Made by a program: the position numbers and the translations under genes. Shown here in pieces: positions 44,817 to 55,122 of a DNA stretch of 64,000 nucleotides. Numbering within the stretch: the stretch's first letter is position 1; every line of letters begins with the position of its first letter. The notes beneath the pieces were generated by a model that ran no database searches, was not told where the DNA came from, and worked only from the letters and a program-made list of their open reading frames with translations. The stretch spans positions 140,009 through 204,008 of the IMG/VR virus record IMGVR_UViG_3300024336_000005; one strand, written 5' to 3'.

Positions 44817-46970
44817 TTACTCCGCGATCTTGATTTCATAACCATCCAATGAAGCACTTCTTCTTGGGTTGGTTGTTCTAAAAATTGCTTTGAAGACAAG
44901 ACCTTCAGCAAAGGCTGCGGTCTTTGAGACTAGCTCAAACTGTTCTCTAGGTAGCTCTGCGTTTAGCTGTGCCCACTTGACTGCCACTCTGTTGACTACA
45001 CCACCTATGCCGTCGTCTCCTCGGACGATTGCAAACTTTAAGTAGTCCTGGCTGTCTGCAGCTTCAAGGTCTGTGTTCCCAACTCTTTGTACAAGTTGTC
45101 CTGCATACCTTGCGACACCACGGTACTGCTGTCTTGCTACATCTTGATCGAAATTAGTATTGTAGTCAAGGCCTTCAATCAAAAGCTTATGATTGTAAGG
45201 ATACAGTGGATCAATAACATTGTACCCGGCTGTAACCGTTGGTGCTCCTGTTAGAGCTACGGTAAATCCATTGGTTCCATATACTGTTGAAGTCCCACCA
45301 AACTGTCCTGTAAGTTCGTCAAAGGTCGAGACTCCCATTAGTCCCTCAAGAGAATGCCAGTTCTCTCCTAGGACCTTGACGTAATGAATCCCCTCCGAAA
45401 GCCTTGCTCTCCCCGTTAGCCTAACTCCATCAACCCAGATTGGACGTGGGCCAAAATCAAACTCCTGCCCTCCCACCTGATCGATGTAAGCATAAGTATT
45501 GTAGTGAGTCCCATCGAAGTTCCATCCGTCCTCTACGACTGTATTGTCTGCCTGCCTGATGGAGTAGTATCTATTGTTCTTCCCTACGTTCCTCCATACC
45601 TCAACCATGTCACTTGCCACTGCATCTTCTAATACATAGGTAGCAGCTATATCATCGCCAGGGAATGCTGGCGCTGTTGTATCTATAAGGGTCTCAGTGG
45701 TGGCTCTAGAGACGGCGTCCACCTCTGCGATCAGTGCGCCTGAGTTCTCTTCTCTGCTTAGAGGGATGATCCTTTGGAAGTCACCCTCTGTGAGGGTGTT
45801 ATCTAAGAAGGCAATAAAGTATTCAATGTCCGTGTCAGGCTCGCGGTGCTCACATGCTATCGAAAGGGAGGCCTTGGTGAACTGCTTTCTGGTTCCATCT
45901 TCCTTGAGGACGATGTGTTGTTCTGATACGAGCTCACTCTCTGCGAGGTAGACGTTGCCTACCTCTGCAATCATAAGAGTCTTGATTCCAAACTGGTGGA
46001 TGAAGTTATCTTCTTGGTCCAGGTTGATGTGAGTATCTCTTGTGAGGATGATCCTTAGGAATCTGAACTCTAGTCCCTCTACCATATAGATGGTTGGGCC
46101 ATTGACTCTTCGGGTTGGGTCAGCTACCGGGATGTCGTTCCAGGTGATGCCATCCTTAGAAGATTGGATTAAAACCAGGAGGGAGTTGTTTGTGATGTGC
46201 GGGTCGAGGATGAGCTTGTATGTCTTGAGAAATTCCCTCGTTGGAGGGATGACGCTCTGGAAGTCGATCCTTACTTCGATCCCTACCTGTCCTGGAACGG
46301 TGGAGGTCAGCTGGTACATCCATGGTCTATCTGATGGAGTTAGCATGTCCACGAGCCTTGAGTCTCTCGTGGCCGATGCTGCAGTAGTCTGTGGGCTCAG
46401 GGGTGTAACAGTGATTCCCCCGACGTCTATGTCCTCGAAGTCCAGTGCATCTACTACCTCTAGCTCATCATTCCTAAAGTACTTTGAGTGCACAGAGTGA
46501 CCGTCTAGGTCAACGAATGCTGTGGTCCTATCCATGTCAATTAGAGTTGTCTCTTCGAAGTTGTCGCTTACTATGTTAAGTAGGCCGCCTGTCTTTTCTG
46601 TTGTCAGAAGGAGACGGTTGGCGCGGGAGACGAGGCTCTTTGTCTTCCTCGAGAGCCTATCTAGCTCAAATAGGGCTCGCTCCGTTGAGTCACCCAGACC
46701 TCGCTCTGCCTCTAAGTAGCTGTTGTATAAGACAAAAAGGTCTCCGACCATCTTCATTGATAGGTCATTAAACTTTGAAGCAGAGGCCTCCTCTCCGTAT
46801 TCTACGGACGGCTCAGCTTGAGAGAACTCAGGCAGCGCAAGGTCAAGGTCCTTTGTTCTCAGGTCTATGATACGAAGTATGTCTGACGCTGATGGAACTA
46901 TGCCTTCATGGAGGATCCGAATGATTACCTCTTTCGCTATTGCTCTGATGTGTACATCTGAAATTGTCAC
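44817..46970 (-). CDS. Virion structural protein (baseplate-associated)
   Basis: 717 aa; N-terminal SKFN...GDL coiled coil then beta-rich region. Confidence 0.55.
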   Translation of the reverse strand: MTISDVHIRAIAKEVIIRILHEGIVPSASDILRIIDLRTKDLDLALPEFSQAEPSVEYGEEASASKFNDLSMKMVGDLFVLYNSYLEAERGLGDSTERALFELDRLSRKTKSLVSRANRLLLTTEKTGGLLNIVSDNFEETTLIDMDRTTAFVDLDGHSVHSKYFRNDELEVVDALDFEDIDVGGITVTPLSPQTTAASATRDSRLVDMLTPSDRPWMYQLTSTVPGQVGIEVRIDFQSVIPPTREFLKTYKLILDPHITNNSLLVLIQSSKDGITWNDIPVADPTRRVNGPTIYMVEGLEFRFLRIILTRDTHINLDQEDNFIHQFGIKTLMIAEVGNVYLAESELVSEQHIVLKEDGTRKQFTKASLSIACEHREPDTDIEYFIAFLDNTLTEGDFQRIIPLSREENSGALIAEVDAVSRATTETLIDTTAPAFPGDDIAATYVLEDAVASDMVEVWRNVGKNNRYYSIRQADNTVVEDGWNFDGTHYNTYAYIDQVGGQEFDFGPRPIWVDGVRLTGRARLSEGIHYVKVLGENWHSLEGLMGVSTFDELTGQFGGTSTVYGTNGFTVALTGAPTVTAGYNVIDPLYPYNHKLLIEGLDYNTNFDQDVARQQYRGVARYAGQLVQRVGNTDLEAADSQDYLKFAIVRGDDGIGGVVNRVAVKWAQLNAELPREQFELVSKTAAFAEGLVFKAIFRTTNPRRSASLDGYEIKIAE

Positions 46971-49799
46971 TTATAGACTCTCTAGTGTTCCTAGACGCGG
47001 GTCTAGTCCAATCCCTATGATGGCAAGGTCTCTTAGTACGGGAGTATAGAATCTTTCTACAAGAGTTCCATCAATCTCCCCGGTATCAATTATGTTATAT
47101 CTTACGTGAAGATCAATTCCTCTCTTTATTCTCCTAGAAAGTCCAGAGACTCTGTCAGCAAAGAAGGCTGTTGTCTCGATTGCGTTCCCTTCTGTCGTAT
47201 AGTCTGCGCCTTCCTTCAAGACTCTTCCTAGGTCATAGTGAAGTTCGAAAGAAATATAGGAGAACTGAATCCTTCCCGGGAGGAATCCTTGATCCGCTGC
47301 TGCAATTCCATCTGTCGGAGGAAGGTGAAGTACATTGTCTTCGTAGTCTACTGAGAAGTATCCGAGAAGGCTGCCAACACTTGATCTAATCTTCTGGAAC
47401 TCTGCGGCTCCATTGATGAAAGTTATCTCTGTCTCTAGAGTCTTTGAGATTCCTATTGTACCACCAAGGTCGATGCCTTTGATAGAGCCCCTTACTATGC
47501 TGAAGGGTTTTGCTTCTAAGCTCACTCCATCCAGGTCCAAGGTCCTCCCAGGTGTTGCTGCGACAATCTTATGGCTGGTCTTTGCAACTGCAAGGTCAGA
47601 CCTTACTTCAATGGCTGCTTCCCTATCTGAGAACTTCCAGTCTGACGTAGGAATAATCTTACGAGTCGTATGGGTGTATGTAAAGGTCAGATCGCCTCCT
47701 ACATTCGGGATCGCCTCACTCAGCCATAGTCTGTTGTTGTCAAAATCAATTGAGAATCTGCCGACTCCAAGGCCTTCGAACTCAAGCTGTCCGTTCTGAA
47801 AAACATCCTCGAATCCATTTAAAATGTAATCAAACTCTGGAGTGCTCAGTGCAGTCTTTGTGATATTTGTGTGTTCCCACGGGATGTCTATATAGTTAGC
47901 ACCTGGGCCGGCCTTCAACGTGTTCTGCTTTAGGGTTAAGTCTCTGAACATTACCCTTGTGCTGTCCTTAACCTTACTTGACTCATACTTGAGCCACAGC
48001 TTGTGGCCTCCTTCAATCGCACTAATATTTGGGTTCTCTAGCTTAGCTACCTTTAGATAGATCTCAGAGCCTGCCTGTGGCACGGCTCCTCCTAGTCCTG
48101 TTGAGGGCAGTACCGGGTCGATGCCATCTCCTAGGACTATCCTCGGTTGGTCTCCTGTCTGATCATACAAGAAGCCCTTTTCCGTTTCGCTTGCAAAGGA
48201 CACAACTCTGGACCACTCCTCTCCATTGACTAGAATAGATAGGTCATCCTTATCAAAGACAATAGGAAGCTCGAATACCTGTGAAGCGCCAAGGCCACCT
48301 GAAGATCTTCCAAGGAAGAGCTTGTTTCCATAGTCTCCTTGTGCGCCATAGCGAGTCTCTATCACCTCTAGATATGTCTCAGGCTGAGCCTCTAATGTAA
48401 TGCCAGATGTAACAGCACCACCGGTAACGACCAGGCTCCTTTCCAGCAGAACATCTTCCCCCTGGTCAATGGCCCTCTGGAAGCCTTCAGAGATTCTCTC
48501 TAGCTTTCCTCTAACCATTACATCCTGAGTAGGGGTCTCAAGTATCAAGGCTTCTGTCTTTGCAGAATCCTTGTTGTCCAAAGGGGAGACCTCTTTCCAT
48601 GTAGCTCCTCCGTCTGTACTAACTGAGAACTGTGCCTTAGATAGTCTTGGATCAGCTGGACTGATGCTCTGGATGAAACCAAGGGAGGTTGCTGGGCGCG
48701 GGAATCTTGCTGGGGCCAAAGCGAACTCACCTTCTGATCCAAACTCAACCTGCATCAACTCCACTTCGCGCAGTGCTATAGCATAGCGCACCTTGGCTCC
48801 GTTGAGGATGTTGTATGGTTCGTCTTGAATTAGGGTAACCGTTACCGCTCGAGCCATCCTTGGAGCAAAGGTGTAGAGACCTTCACCAGCAAACTTTGCC
48901 GCTGCAGGAGATAGCTTGAATGGATTCTCTGACTCGTCCCAAGATGCTGAGGCGATATCAGACTTGATTGATACAACACCTCTTTCAGTCTCAATCTCAA
49001 TGTCTTCAATCTCAACCCAGTTCGATGTTCCTAGGTTGGCAGGCACAACTCTAATCCTATTGATTACAGCGGGCTCTTCAAGAGTGAGCTTTAAGATTAG
49101 TTTGAGCTGCCCTTCCCTTCGGTCGGTCACCCTTTCATATTCGAACCAGGTCTGCGCAGCCCCGTCTGTGATCTGATTGACTGAACCATTCCTGGCCCTG
49201 TCTCTTTCAAAGTTGTTTCCTGGTGCTCCGTTGCTGCCCTCTTGAATGGCTATGTCACGTATGGTCTGAACGGAAGTGCTAAGCACTGGCAAGACGATAG
49301 CGCCTTCGGCCTCCACGTATGTGGCCTGTGTTCCCTCTGCTTGTCCTATCTCAGTTCCATCTGTGAATGTGTATGCGACATACTGGTCATCATCGGTGAT
49401 GTCTCTTGCGTATAGCTTCAGGGAGGAGATCTTATCTCTGAGGGTCTTTAGCTCTCCGATGAGATCGTTCTCTTTTGTTGCGACTGCGTTGTAGCTTTCC
49501 TTTAGGGCGATGCCCATAGCATCGCTGATTCTATCTAGGGTCTCCAAATCTTCTTTGGTTGCCTTAAATAGTTTCGACAGAGGGCGGGGGTCTGCCACCT
49601 GTCCAGGCCTGACCGATAGAGGAATTGCTATTGGATTTACAAAATCGCCAGCAAGGGCCTTAGAAGCCCTTCTACTGGGATTGAACTCTGTCCCTATAGT
49701 GCTCCTCTCGTCTGCGCTTAAGGGGCGCCTAGCGAGGCTCTCAGCTCGTTCTAGGACTACTCTTGAATTCTCTACCGGCTTGTTCTTTGGAATCTTCAT
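46971..49799 (-). CDS. Baseplate wedge-like structural protein
   Basis: 942 aa; LVNGEEWSRV..F...IVLGDG....G.VP..GSEI motif of T4 gp6/baseplate-type proteins. Confidence 0.6.
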   Translation of the reverse strand: MKIPKNKPVENSRVVLERAESLARRPLSADERSTIGTEFNPSRRASKALAGDFVNPIAIPLSVRPGQVADPRPLSKLFKATKEDLETLDRISDAMGIALKESYNAVATKENDLIGELKTLRDKISSLKLYARDITDDDQYVAYTFTDGTEIGQAEGTQATYVEAEGAIVLPVLSTSVQTIRDIAIQEGSNGAPGNNFERDRARNGSVNQITDGAAQTWFEYERVTDRREGQLKLILKLTLEEPAVINRIRVVPANLGTSNWVEIEDIEIETERGVVSIKSDIASASWDESENPFKLSPAAAKFAGEGLYTFAPRMARAVTVTLIQDEPYNILNGAKVRYAIALREVELMQVEFGSEGEFALAPARFPRPATSLGFIQSISPADPRLSKAQFSVSTDGGATWKEVSPLDNKDSAKTEALILETPTQDVMVRGKLERISEGFQRAIDQGEDVLLERSLVVTGGAVTSGITLEAQPETYLEVIETRYGAQGDYGNKLFLGRSSGGLGASQVFELPIVFDKDDLSILVNGEEWSRVVSFASETEKGFLYDQTGDQPRIVLGDGIDPVLPSTGLGGAVPQAGSEIYLKVAKLENPNISAIEGGHKLWLKYESSKVKDSTRVMFRDLTLKQNTLKAGPGANYIDIPWEHTNITKTALSTPEFDYILNGFEDVFQNGQLEFEGLGVGRFSIDFDNNRLWLSEAIPNVGGDLTFTYTHTTRKIIPTSDWKFSDREAAIEVRSDLAVAKTSHKIVAATPGRTLDLDGVSLEAKPFSIVRGSIKGIDLGGTIGISKTLETEITFINGAAEFQKIRSSVGSLLGYFSVDYEDNVLHLPPTDGIAAADQGFLPGRIQFSYISFELHYDLGRVLKEGADYTTEGNAIETTAFFADRVSGLSRRIKRGIDLHVRYNIIDTGEIDGTLVERFYTPVLRDLAIIGIGLDPRLGTLESL

Positions 49800-49800
49800 T

Positions 49801-51615
49801 TTATCCTACTGCGAACGTGAATTCGTCTACGATAGATGTTCGAGTGCCGTTGCCTGTGCCTCTCATTACAATGATGAGGTTCGCCTCTGAGCGAACGGCT
49901 CCTGAAGATTCAGGCCTTCTGATAGAGATTGAGTTGTCCGTGTCGTATCTTACGAGGCCGGTTGCGTCAACAAATGGAATGGGTACCGTTCCCTCTTCTG
50001 TATGGAAGGGAGTATAGACAGCAACGTACTCGCCTTCTTGGCGGTAGCCCTGAGGGATGTTTAGCTTTGCCCTGTCCACTAGGTTCGTCGCAGCAGGCTC
50101 AAATTGATAGTCCACCGGTCTTGTGATTAGAGTTCCATTCTTGTATAGGAGGAGATCTCCTGATGCATCCAGCAGAGCCGGATCCAATGCAAATGAAAGG
50201 TAGCCCTTATTGAAGCTGTTGATCTCTATCTTCTCTGTGACTGTTGTTCTCCCTACTGGAAGGATAGGCAGATAAAGAGAAGCTACGACCGTCTCTGAAT
50301 CATCTATCTCTCTATAGGATACCCAATACTCTACTGGAGGTAAGGGGTCTGTCACTGGGGAGATGGGGTCTCCTGGAGCTACTCCAATGAAGGAGTTCTC
50401 AGTTGCTGCAAGGAAGAGCTTTGAGATGTTAGGCAGTGAGAGTGTCTTTGAAACGTAATGGCCTACTGGGAGATACTTGACCTTGCCTGTTAGGATATTG
50501 TCTAGAGCAAACGTGTACCTTCTATGGAGACCTCTCTGGGTGGGCGCTATGCCCTGACCAAGACCTTCTCCTAGCCCGACCATTATAGAGTTCTCTTGCT
50601 TGAGCACGCAGACTATATGCTTGGCCTCTATGTTCTTGAAGAAGATCCTTACTGGCTCCACTAGTGAAACAGGGGTGGTCTGTAGCTCGATCTCGATGAC
50701 GGTTCCCGTGGGGTCGACATAGTAGAGCTCTGACAGAGACTGATCGAAGTTTCCGATTGGGTGAATCTCGATGTAGTTAATCTCTGTTGACGCGCCGAGG
50801 TTCAAGCTTAGGTTCAGCTTGGCCCCTCCGGGGACTAGCTCTCTTGTGTCGACATCCTTCTTCCAGAATGTGCCTCTCTGTCTGTCGATTAGATTTGAGA
50901 TGCGGCCTGTGATAGCAACGTCGCCATCAGTGGAAGGAGAGACTGCACGAGGGAGAGCAAACCTAAGAGTGTCGTCTCTGATATCTGATGTCTGGATATC
51001 CTTGATGCTTGAGACTCTGGACGACTCATCGATGTCTGTTGGCAGGACGAGCCCCCCGACATTAACGCCGACTGGCATGTCCAGGCCGTGGGTGAACGCT
51101 TGGTTTCCCTTTGGGTCTACATATGCAAAGCCAGCCATGGGACCGTTGCGGGGCATTCTATTTGCTCCGCTGGTGAACTTCTCTACTATCGCATCCTTTA
51201 GTCCTGAGACATTCCCCCTTAGGAGTTCAAGCCTAAGGATCTCTGCTTCGGCTTCGTCCACTGCCTTGTGCAGCTTGTCTAGGATCTCTTCCTTGAAGAG
51301 TCTTTCCTGCTGTGCTTCTAGCTGTAGGATGTTATCCGTCTCTGCAAAGAGCGACTCTAAGTCTGAGGCTATTGTCTTAAGCATGTGATCGAGAGGCTCT
51401 GAGAGTCTCAGGTCATTTTCTATAAGTCCAATCTCTTGGAAGCGAATTAAGGTATCGTTGTCTAGTAGCTCTCTGAGCTGGTCCTGGAGCGCCGTTCTGA
51501 ATGCTTGGGATGTTGGGTAGAGAAGCTTTGCCTTCTCTGTCTGAAGCTCCTTCTCTATCTTTCTAGCCTGGAGGCGGGGGAGCGTCTTGATGAACTTGTC
51601 TAATAGCTTTGACAT
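49801..51615 (-). CDS. Virion structural protein
   Basis: 604 aa; architecture similar to the two downstream genes; discoidin-like NLID...TFW segment. Confidence 0.55.
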   Translation of the reverse strand: MSKLLDKFIKTLPRLQARKIEKELQTEKAKLLYPTSQAFRTALQDQLRELLDNDTLIRFQEIGLIENDLRLSEPLDHMLKTIASDLESLFAETDNILQLEAQQERLFKEEILDKLHKAVDEAEAEILRLELLRGNVSGLKDAIVEKFTSGANRMPRNGPMAGFAYVDPKGNQAFTHGLDMPVGVNVGGLVLPTDIDESSRVSSIKDIQTSDIRDDTLRFALPRAVSPSTDGDVAITGRISNLIDRQRGTFWKKDVDTRELVPGGAKLNLSLNLGASTEINYIEIHPIGNFDQSLSELYYVDPTGTVIEIELQTTPVSLVEPVRIFFKNIEAKHIVCVLKQENSIMVGLGEGLGQGIAPTQRGLHRRYTFALDNILTGKVKYLPVGHYVSKTLSLPNISKLFLAATENSFIGVAPGDPISPVTDPLPPVEYWVSYREIDDSETVVASLYLPILPVGRTTVTEKIEINSFNKGYLSFALDPALLDASGDLLLYKNGTLITRPVDYQFEPAATNLVDRAKLNIPQGYRQEGEYVAVYTPFHTEEGTVPIPFVDATGLVRYDTDNSISIRRPESSGAVRSEANLIIVMRGTGNGTRTSIVDEFTFAVG

Positions 51616-52262
51616 TAGCAGCCAGCTCCTGGATCGACTAGGTTAATGGGGACCTCAAGGAATGAGATGTCGATTCCAAAATGGAATCTCCCTGCTTCTA
51701 TGACCTGTCTCAGGGCGGCGCTCGGGGCTGTGATTCTAAAGTTAACAAGCATCTGATCGTCTCTTGTAAGATAGCTTTCATGTCCGACATAGGGAATGGC
51801 ATTGTCTTCCACATCGCCAGCTCCAGAAACAAACTGTGTGGTTTCTGGAAGTCCTGTGTTCCAATGAACCTGTGTGATCTCCAGGCCTGGGTTGCCAACT
51901 GCAAGGGGGGCAGCCAAGGTGAAGTCATCAGCCCACTTAATCATGGTGCTGCTATCTACCTCTGGAGTTTTATCTCCATCATAGAAGGGACTCTCGAATG
52001 CTTTTACATAAAAGCCATATACCTTGATGGGTCTGTATCCTCTGTATTGAATCTTTACATTGGCCTGCAGGCTATTCCCAGGGAGGACGCTGGTTCCAAA
52101 CTCTAGCTGAGTTATAACTTGATCAGTTGAGTCTTTGTATACCCACAGGTCCCCCTCACTCAGACCTGGATAGACAGAGTCAGTGCCAGATGCAACACCG
52201 GCCCAAGAGCCAATGAACCAGCTGCCACCTACGAAGAGTGAAGGTGAACCAATGAAAGCCAT
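51615..52262 (-). CDS. Putative structural protein
   Basis: Coupled ORF in the structural operon. Confidence 0.55.
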   Translation of the reverse strand: MAFIGSPSLFVGGSWFIGSWAGVASGTDSVYPGLSEGDLWVYKDSTDQVITQLEFGTSVLPGNSLQANVKIQYRGYRPIKVYGFYVKAFESPFYDGDKTPEVDSSTMIKWADDFTLAAPLAVGNPGLEITQVHWNTGLPETTQFVSGAGDVEDNAIPYVGHESYLTRDDQMLVNFRITAPSAALRQVIEAGRFHFGIDISFLEVPINLVDPGAGC

Positions 52263-52263
52263 C

Positions 52264-52914
52264 TTAGGTGAATGCTCCGACGTCTACGAATCTAATCTTG
52301 ATCTCAAAAGTTCCAGGAAAGGTAGCGTCCTCATTGTAGACCTTGAGATATAGCTTCTGCGTTCCCTCCAGATCGTGGAAGGGCACAGCCGCATGTGGGA
52401 AAGGGCTTGAGAATCCAATCTGTGGACCGTAGACTACGGCGGTAGCAATGGTAAGACCCAAGAAGTTCTCTCCAAAGAATGGCATCAGCTTGGCTGGTGT
52501 CCCACCAGTTACTGCTGGGTTTGCCCCCCAGTCGCTGACCCCATCGATGTTCCAGATTTCTGCTGAAACCCCTGTAGATCCACCTGCGCCAACCTCTTGG
52601 ATTGTCGCTTGAAGGATTAGGATGTTGTCAGAAGGAAGCCCCGTGATCTCGACTTCGTCGCTGCTCATGGCAGCGATGGAACCTGTGGTTACACTCAGCT
52701 GAGAAATGCTTAAGCCTCCGCCTCCACCAACGTCTGCCATGGTGGCAAAGACATTCCCACCAGCCGGCGCTGCGGCTCCATCAATAGCTGCCTGCACATC
52801 AGTAGTCTGATGCACATGGGTGTTGTACTTAGTTGCTGCCGCTCGGGCTGTATCGCCATCGGCGCCTTCTAGGGCTGCTGTTCCTAGGTCCATCTGCAGG
52901 TCGGGTGCTGCCAT
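52264..52914 (-). CDS. Putative structural/fibre protein
   Basis: Ala/Gly-rich N-terminus with HxH, GGGGG linker, beta-sandwich C-terminus. Confidence 0.55.
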   Translation of the reverse strand: MAAPDLQMDLGTAALEGADGDTARAAATKYNTHVHQTTDVQAAIDGAAAPAGGNVFATMADVGGGGGLSISQLSVTTGSIAAMSSDEVEITGLPSDNILILQATIQEVGAGGSTGVSAEIWNIDGVSDWGANPAVTGGTPAKLMPFFGENFLGLTIATAVVYGPQIGFSSPFPHAAVPFHDLEGTQKLYLKVYNEDATFPGTFEIKIRFVDVGAFT

Positions 52915-52926
52915 TACTTACTCCGG

Positions 52927-55122
52927 CTATGCTACTATGTTCGCATTAAGTGGGTTCATTTCTGTTGGAGGAGAGACAAGGTTTGCGTTCAGTGGGTTTA
53001 TCTCTGCTCCGCCTTGACCTAGCAGGTCAATGAATCCAGGATCTCCTTCTGGCCATTCCACTGCATCCTTAAGAGGTGCAATGTAAATGTATAACTCATC
53101 GCTAGGCTCTATTGTAATATCACCTGCTGCGGACAATGTTATCGTCTTTGTTAGTGAATTGTCAACAGCTCCTGCCGTTGCATCTGTCACATCCAAAGAT
53201 AGATAGGGGCCCTCTGCTCTTTCTGCTACATAGATTCTGTAGCTGTCTGCATGAGAGACCGTTGTCCATGTGATGGCTAGCGTTGCTGCTACTGTATCAT
53301 ATACCATGCTAACTAGCTCAGGCTTGTCTGCGTAGTATCTAATAATAGGAGCGGTGCCCAGGGCTGCATGTCTTGTGACTGCCCCATGAACTTCCTCTTC
53401 TGAGAAGTTCCCACCAGCTCTCTCTAGGACTGAGAAGGGGAGGTCCACTACAACCGCGCCATGTGCTGGGATGCCCCTTCCGTGCAATGACTCATCATCG
53501 ACCCATTGTAGCTCAGGGAATTCTTCCAGGTACGCTGATATGTTTCTCTTGACGTCATCTGTTAAGACCCCGCCACGTTCTCTTATGTCAATGTAAGTCA
53601 GCTGCTCTGCTGATGTATTTCTTGAGATGGAGACTGTCCCTAGGATTAAGAACGTTGGGTGCACGGTCTTGAATAGACCCAGGCCTGTCTGGCCTGGTCC
53701 TGGGACCAATGCTCCATCTAGAACGCCGCCGGCTCCTAGCCTATCGTCATTCCAATCGATGATACTGTTGTCTTCATCCAAGATGAAGTGATACAGGCTT
53801 CTTAACTCTTGGTTTACTTCTGAGTTGGGGATGCAGTAAACGACAGCTCTCCCAGACTTCAAGTTTCTATTATGAAGCGGGTTGAGGTTGAGGCCTCTGT
53901 ACTTGTACCTCTTCTCTTCATACCTTGCTCTAATGAAGACCTTGTCTTCTGGGTCTAGAACAGTAGGAATATGGACTAGGCCGAATGCCTTCTGGACCGA
54001 GGCGCCTCTTCCTGTGAAGCTCACTAGGGGGAACCTTACTATGACTGCCTCTGCCCTCTGCCTTGAGAACCTATCCACCCAGTAAGGGGTGGGACTGGTA
54101 CTTCCTGTAGTGAAGCCATACTTTGGATTGAAGGACTTGTCTGTAACGAGGATGTCTATCTTATTGTTGTCATCTAGGACAACGTTCTCAAACGGTAGCT
54201 TGACTAGGTGTTCACTTAGGATTAGCCCCTCGAGGGAACCTGAGTACTTGATGGGTTCAACAGGGGAGAAGGACTGGAAGTGGTACTCGGGGATATGGAA
54301 TCTTTCTGCGGCGGCGATGCCGTCGCCCGCAAAGAGCTCTCCATCTGTGACTTCGAGGTTCCAAGATTCGTTCCCTCTGACGAAGAGAGGTCGAGTCAGC
54401 TTTAGCTGGTCTGCTTCATCAATCTGAACGTAGAAGGGCCCGCCACCTTGATATAGAATCCTAAACTGATATGTGGTCCCCCTCTCTCTTACTGAATAGG
54501 TTCTCTTGAGAGGGTCTAGGCCATCAAGGATGTTCGCCTTGCTGTAGGCTCGCTGAGAATCTAAGAGTGAGAAGATCTGTTCACCAGATGTATTTGTGTA
54601 TCGGATGTAGAATGCTTCTGTTCTAAGGTTCTCGAAGTTCACCTTAGGCCTTAAGTTGTGGAAGACGTTGATGTTCCCGCCTTCAACCAAGAGCTTGAAC
54701 CTATCCCCTGATACTGGGCGAAGCTCTTGGTCCACTACTGACGGTACGTTGGCCAATCCATCTGTGATCTCATGACGCCAGAAGAGAGGGATAGGCTCTC
54801 CCCTTGTGTCTGTGTTTGTCACGTCTGTGATGTCGGCCGACCTAACGGGGAGGTCGAATATCTTAGCTGTCTGCACCTGTCTGAATCTAATCAGATGGGA
54901 GTTCTCTATCATCTCTAGTGCTGTTGGAGATTCGTTGGAGTCGATGATTTTGATTGAGAGTGAGGTTGGCTCCGGCATTCCAATAAAGGATATAGGTATC
55001 TGGTGCGGCAAGGGCTTGCCGATGTACACGAGATTTCTATATTCGTCTTTATTGTTTACTCTGATGTCAGCCACTGATCTAACAGAGGTGACACCAGAGA
55101 GGTTGAATCTTATTGGAAGCAT
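52927..55122 (-). CDS. Virion structural protein with FN3-like C-terminus
   Basis: IDIRERGG motif; ITWTTVSHADSYRIY FN3-like; terminal repeat E(I/M)NPLNAN(L/I)V twice. Confidence 0.55.
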   Translation of the reverse strand: MLPIRFNLSGVTSVRSVADIRVNNKDEYRNLVYIGKPLPHQIPISFIGMPEPTSLSIKIIDSNESPTALEMIENSHLIRFRQVQTAKIFDLPVRSADITDVTNTDTRGEPIPLFWRHEITDGLANVPSVVDQELRPVSGDRFKLLVEGGNINVFHNLRPKVNFENLRTEAFYIRYTNTSGEQIFSLLDSQRAYSKANILDGLDPLKRTYSVRERGTTYQFRILYQGGGPFYVQIDEADQLKLTRPLFVRGNESWNLEVTDGELFAGDGIAAAERFHIPEYHFQSFSPVEPIKYSGSLEGLILSEHLVKLPFENVVLDDNNKIDILVTDKSFNPKYGFTTGSTSPTPYWVDRFSRQRAEAVIVRFPLVSFTGRGASVQKAFGLVHIPTVLDPEDKVFIRARYEEKRYKYRGLNLNPLHNRNLKSGRAVVYCIPNSEVNQELRSLYHFILDEDNSIIDWNDDRLGAGGVLDGALVPGPGQTGLGLFKTVHPTFLILGTVSISRNTSAEQLTYIDIRERGGVLTDDVKRNISAYLEEFPELQWVDDESLHGRGIPAHGAVVVDLPFSVLERAGGNFSEEEVHGAVTRHAALGTAPIIRYYADKPELVSMVYDTVAATLAITWTTVSHADSYRIYVAERAEGPYLSLDVTDATAGAVDNSLTKTITLSAAGDITIEPSDELYIYIAPLKDAVEWPEGDPGFIDLLGQGGAEINPLNANLVSPPTEMNPLNANIVA

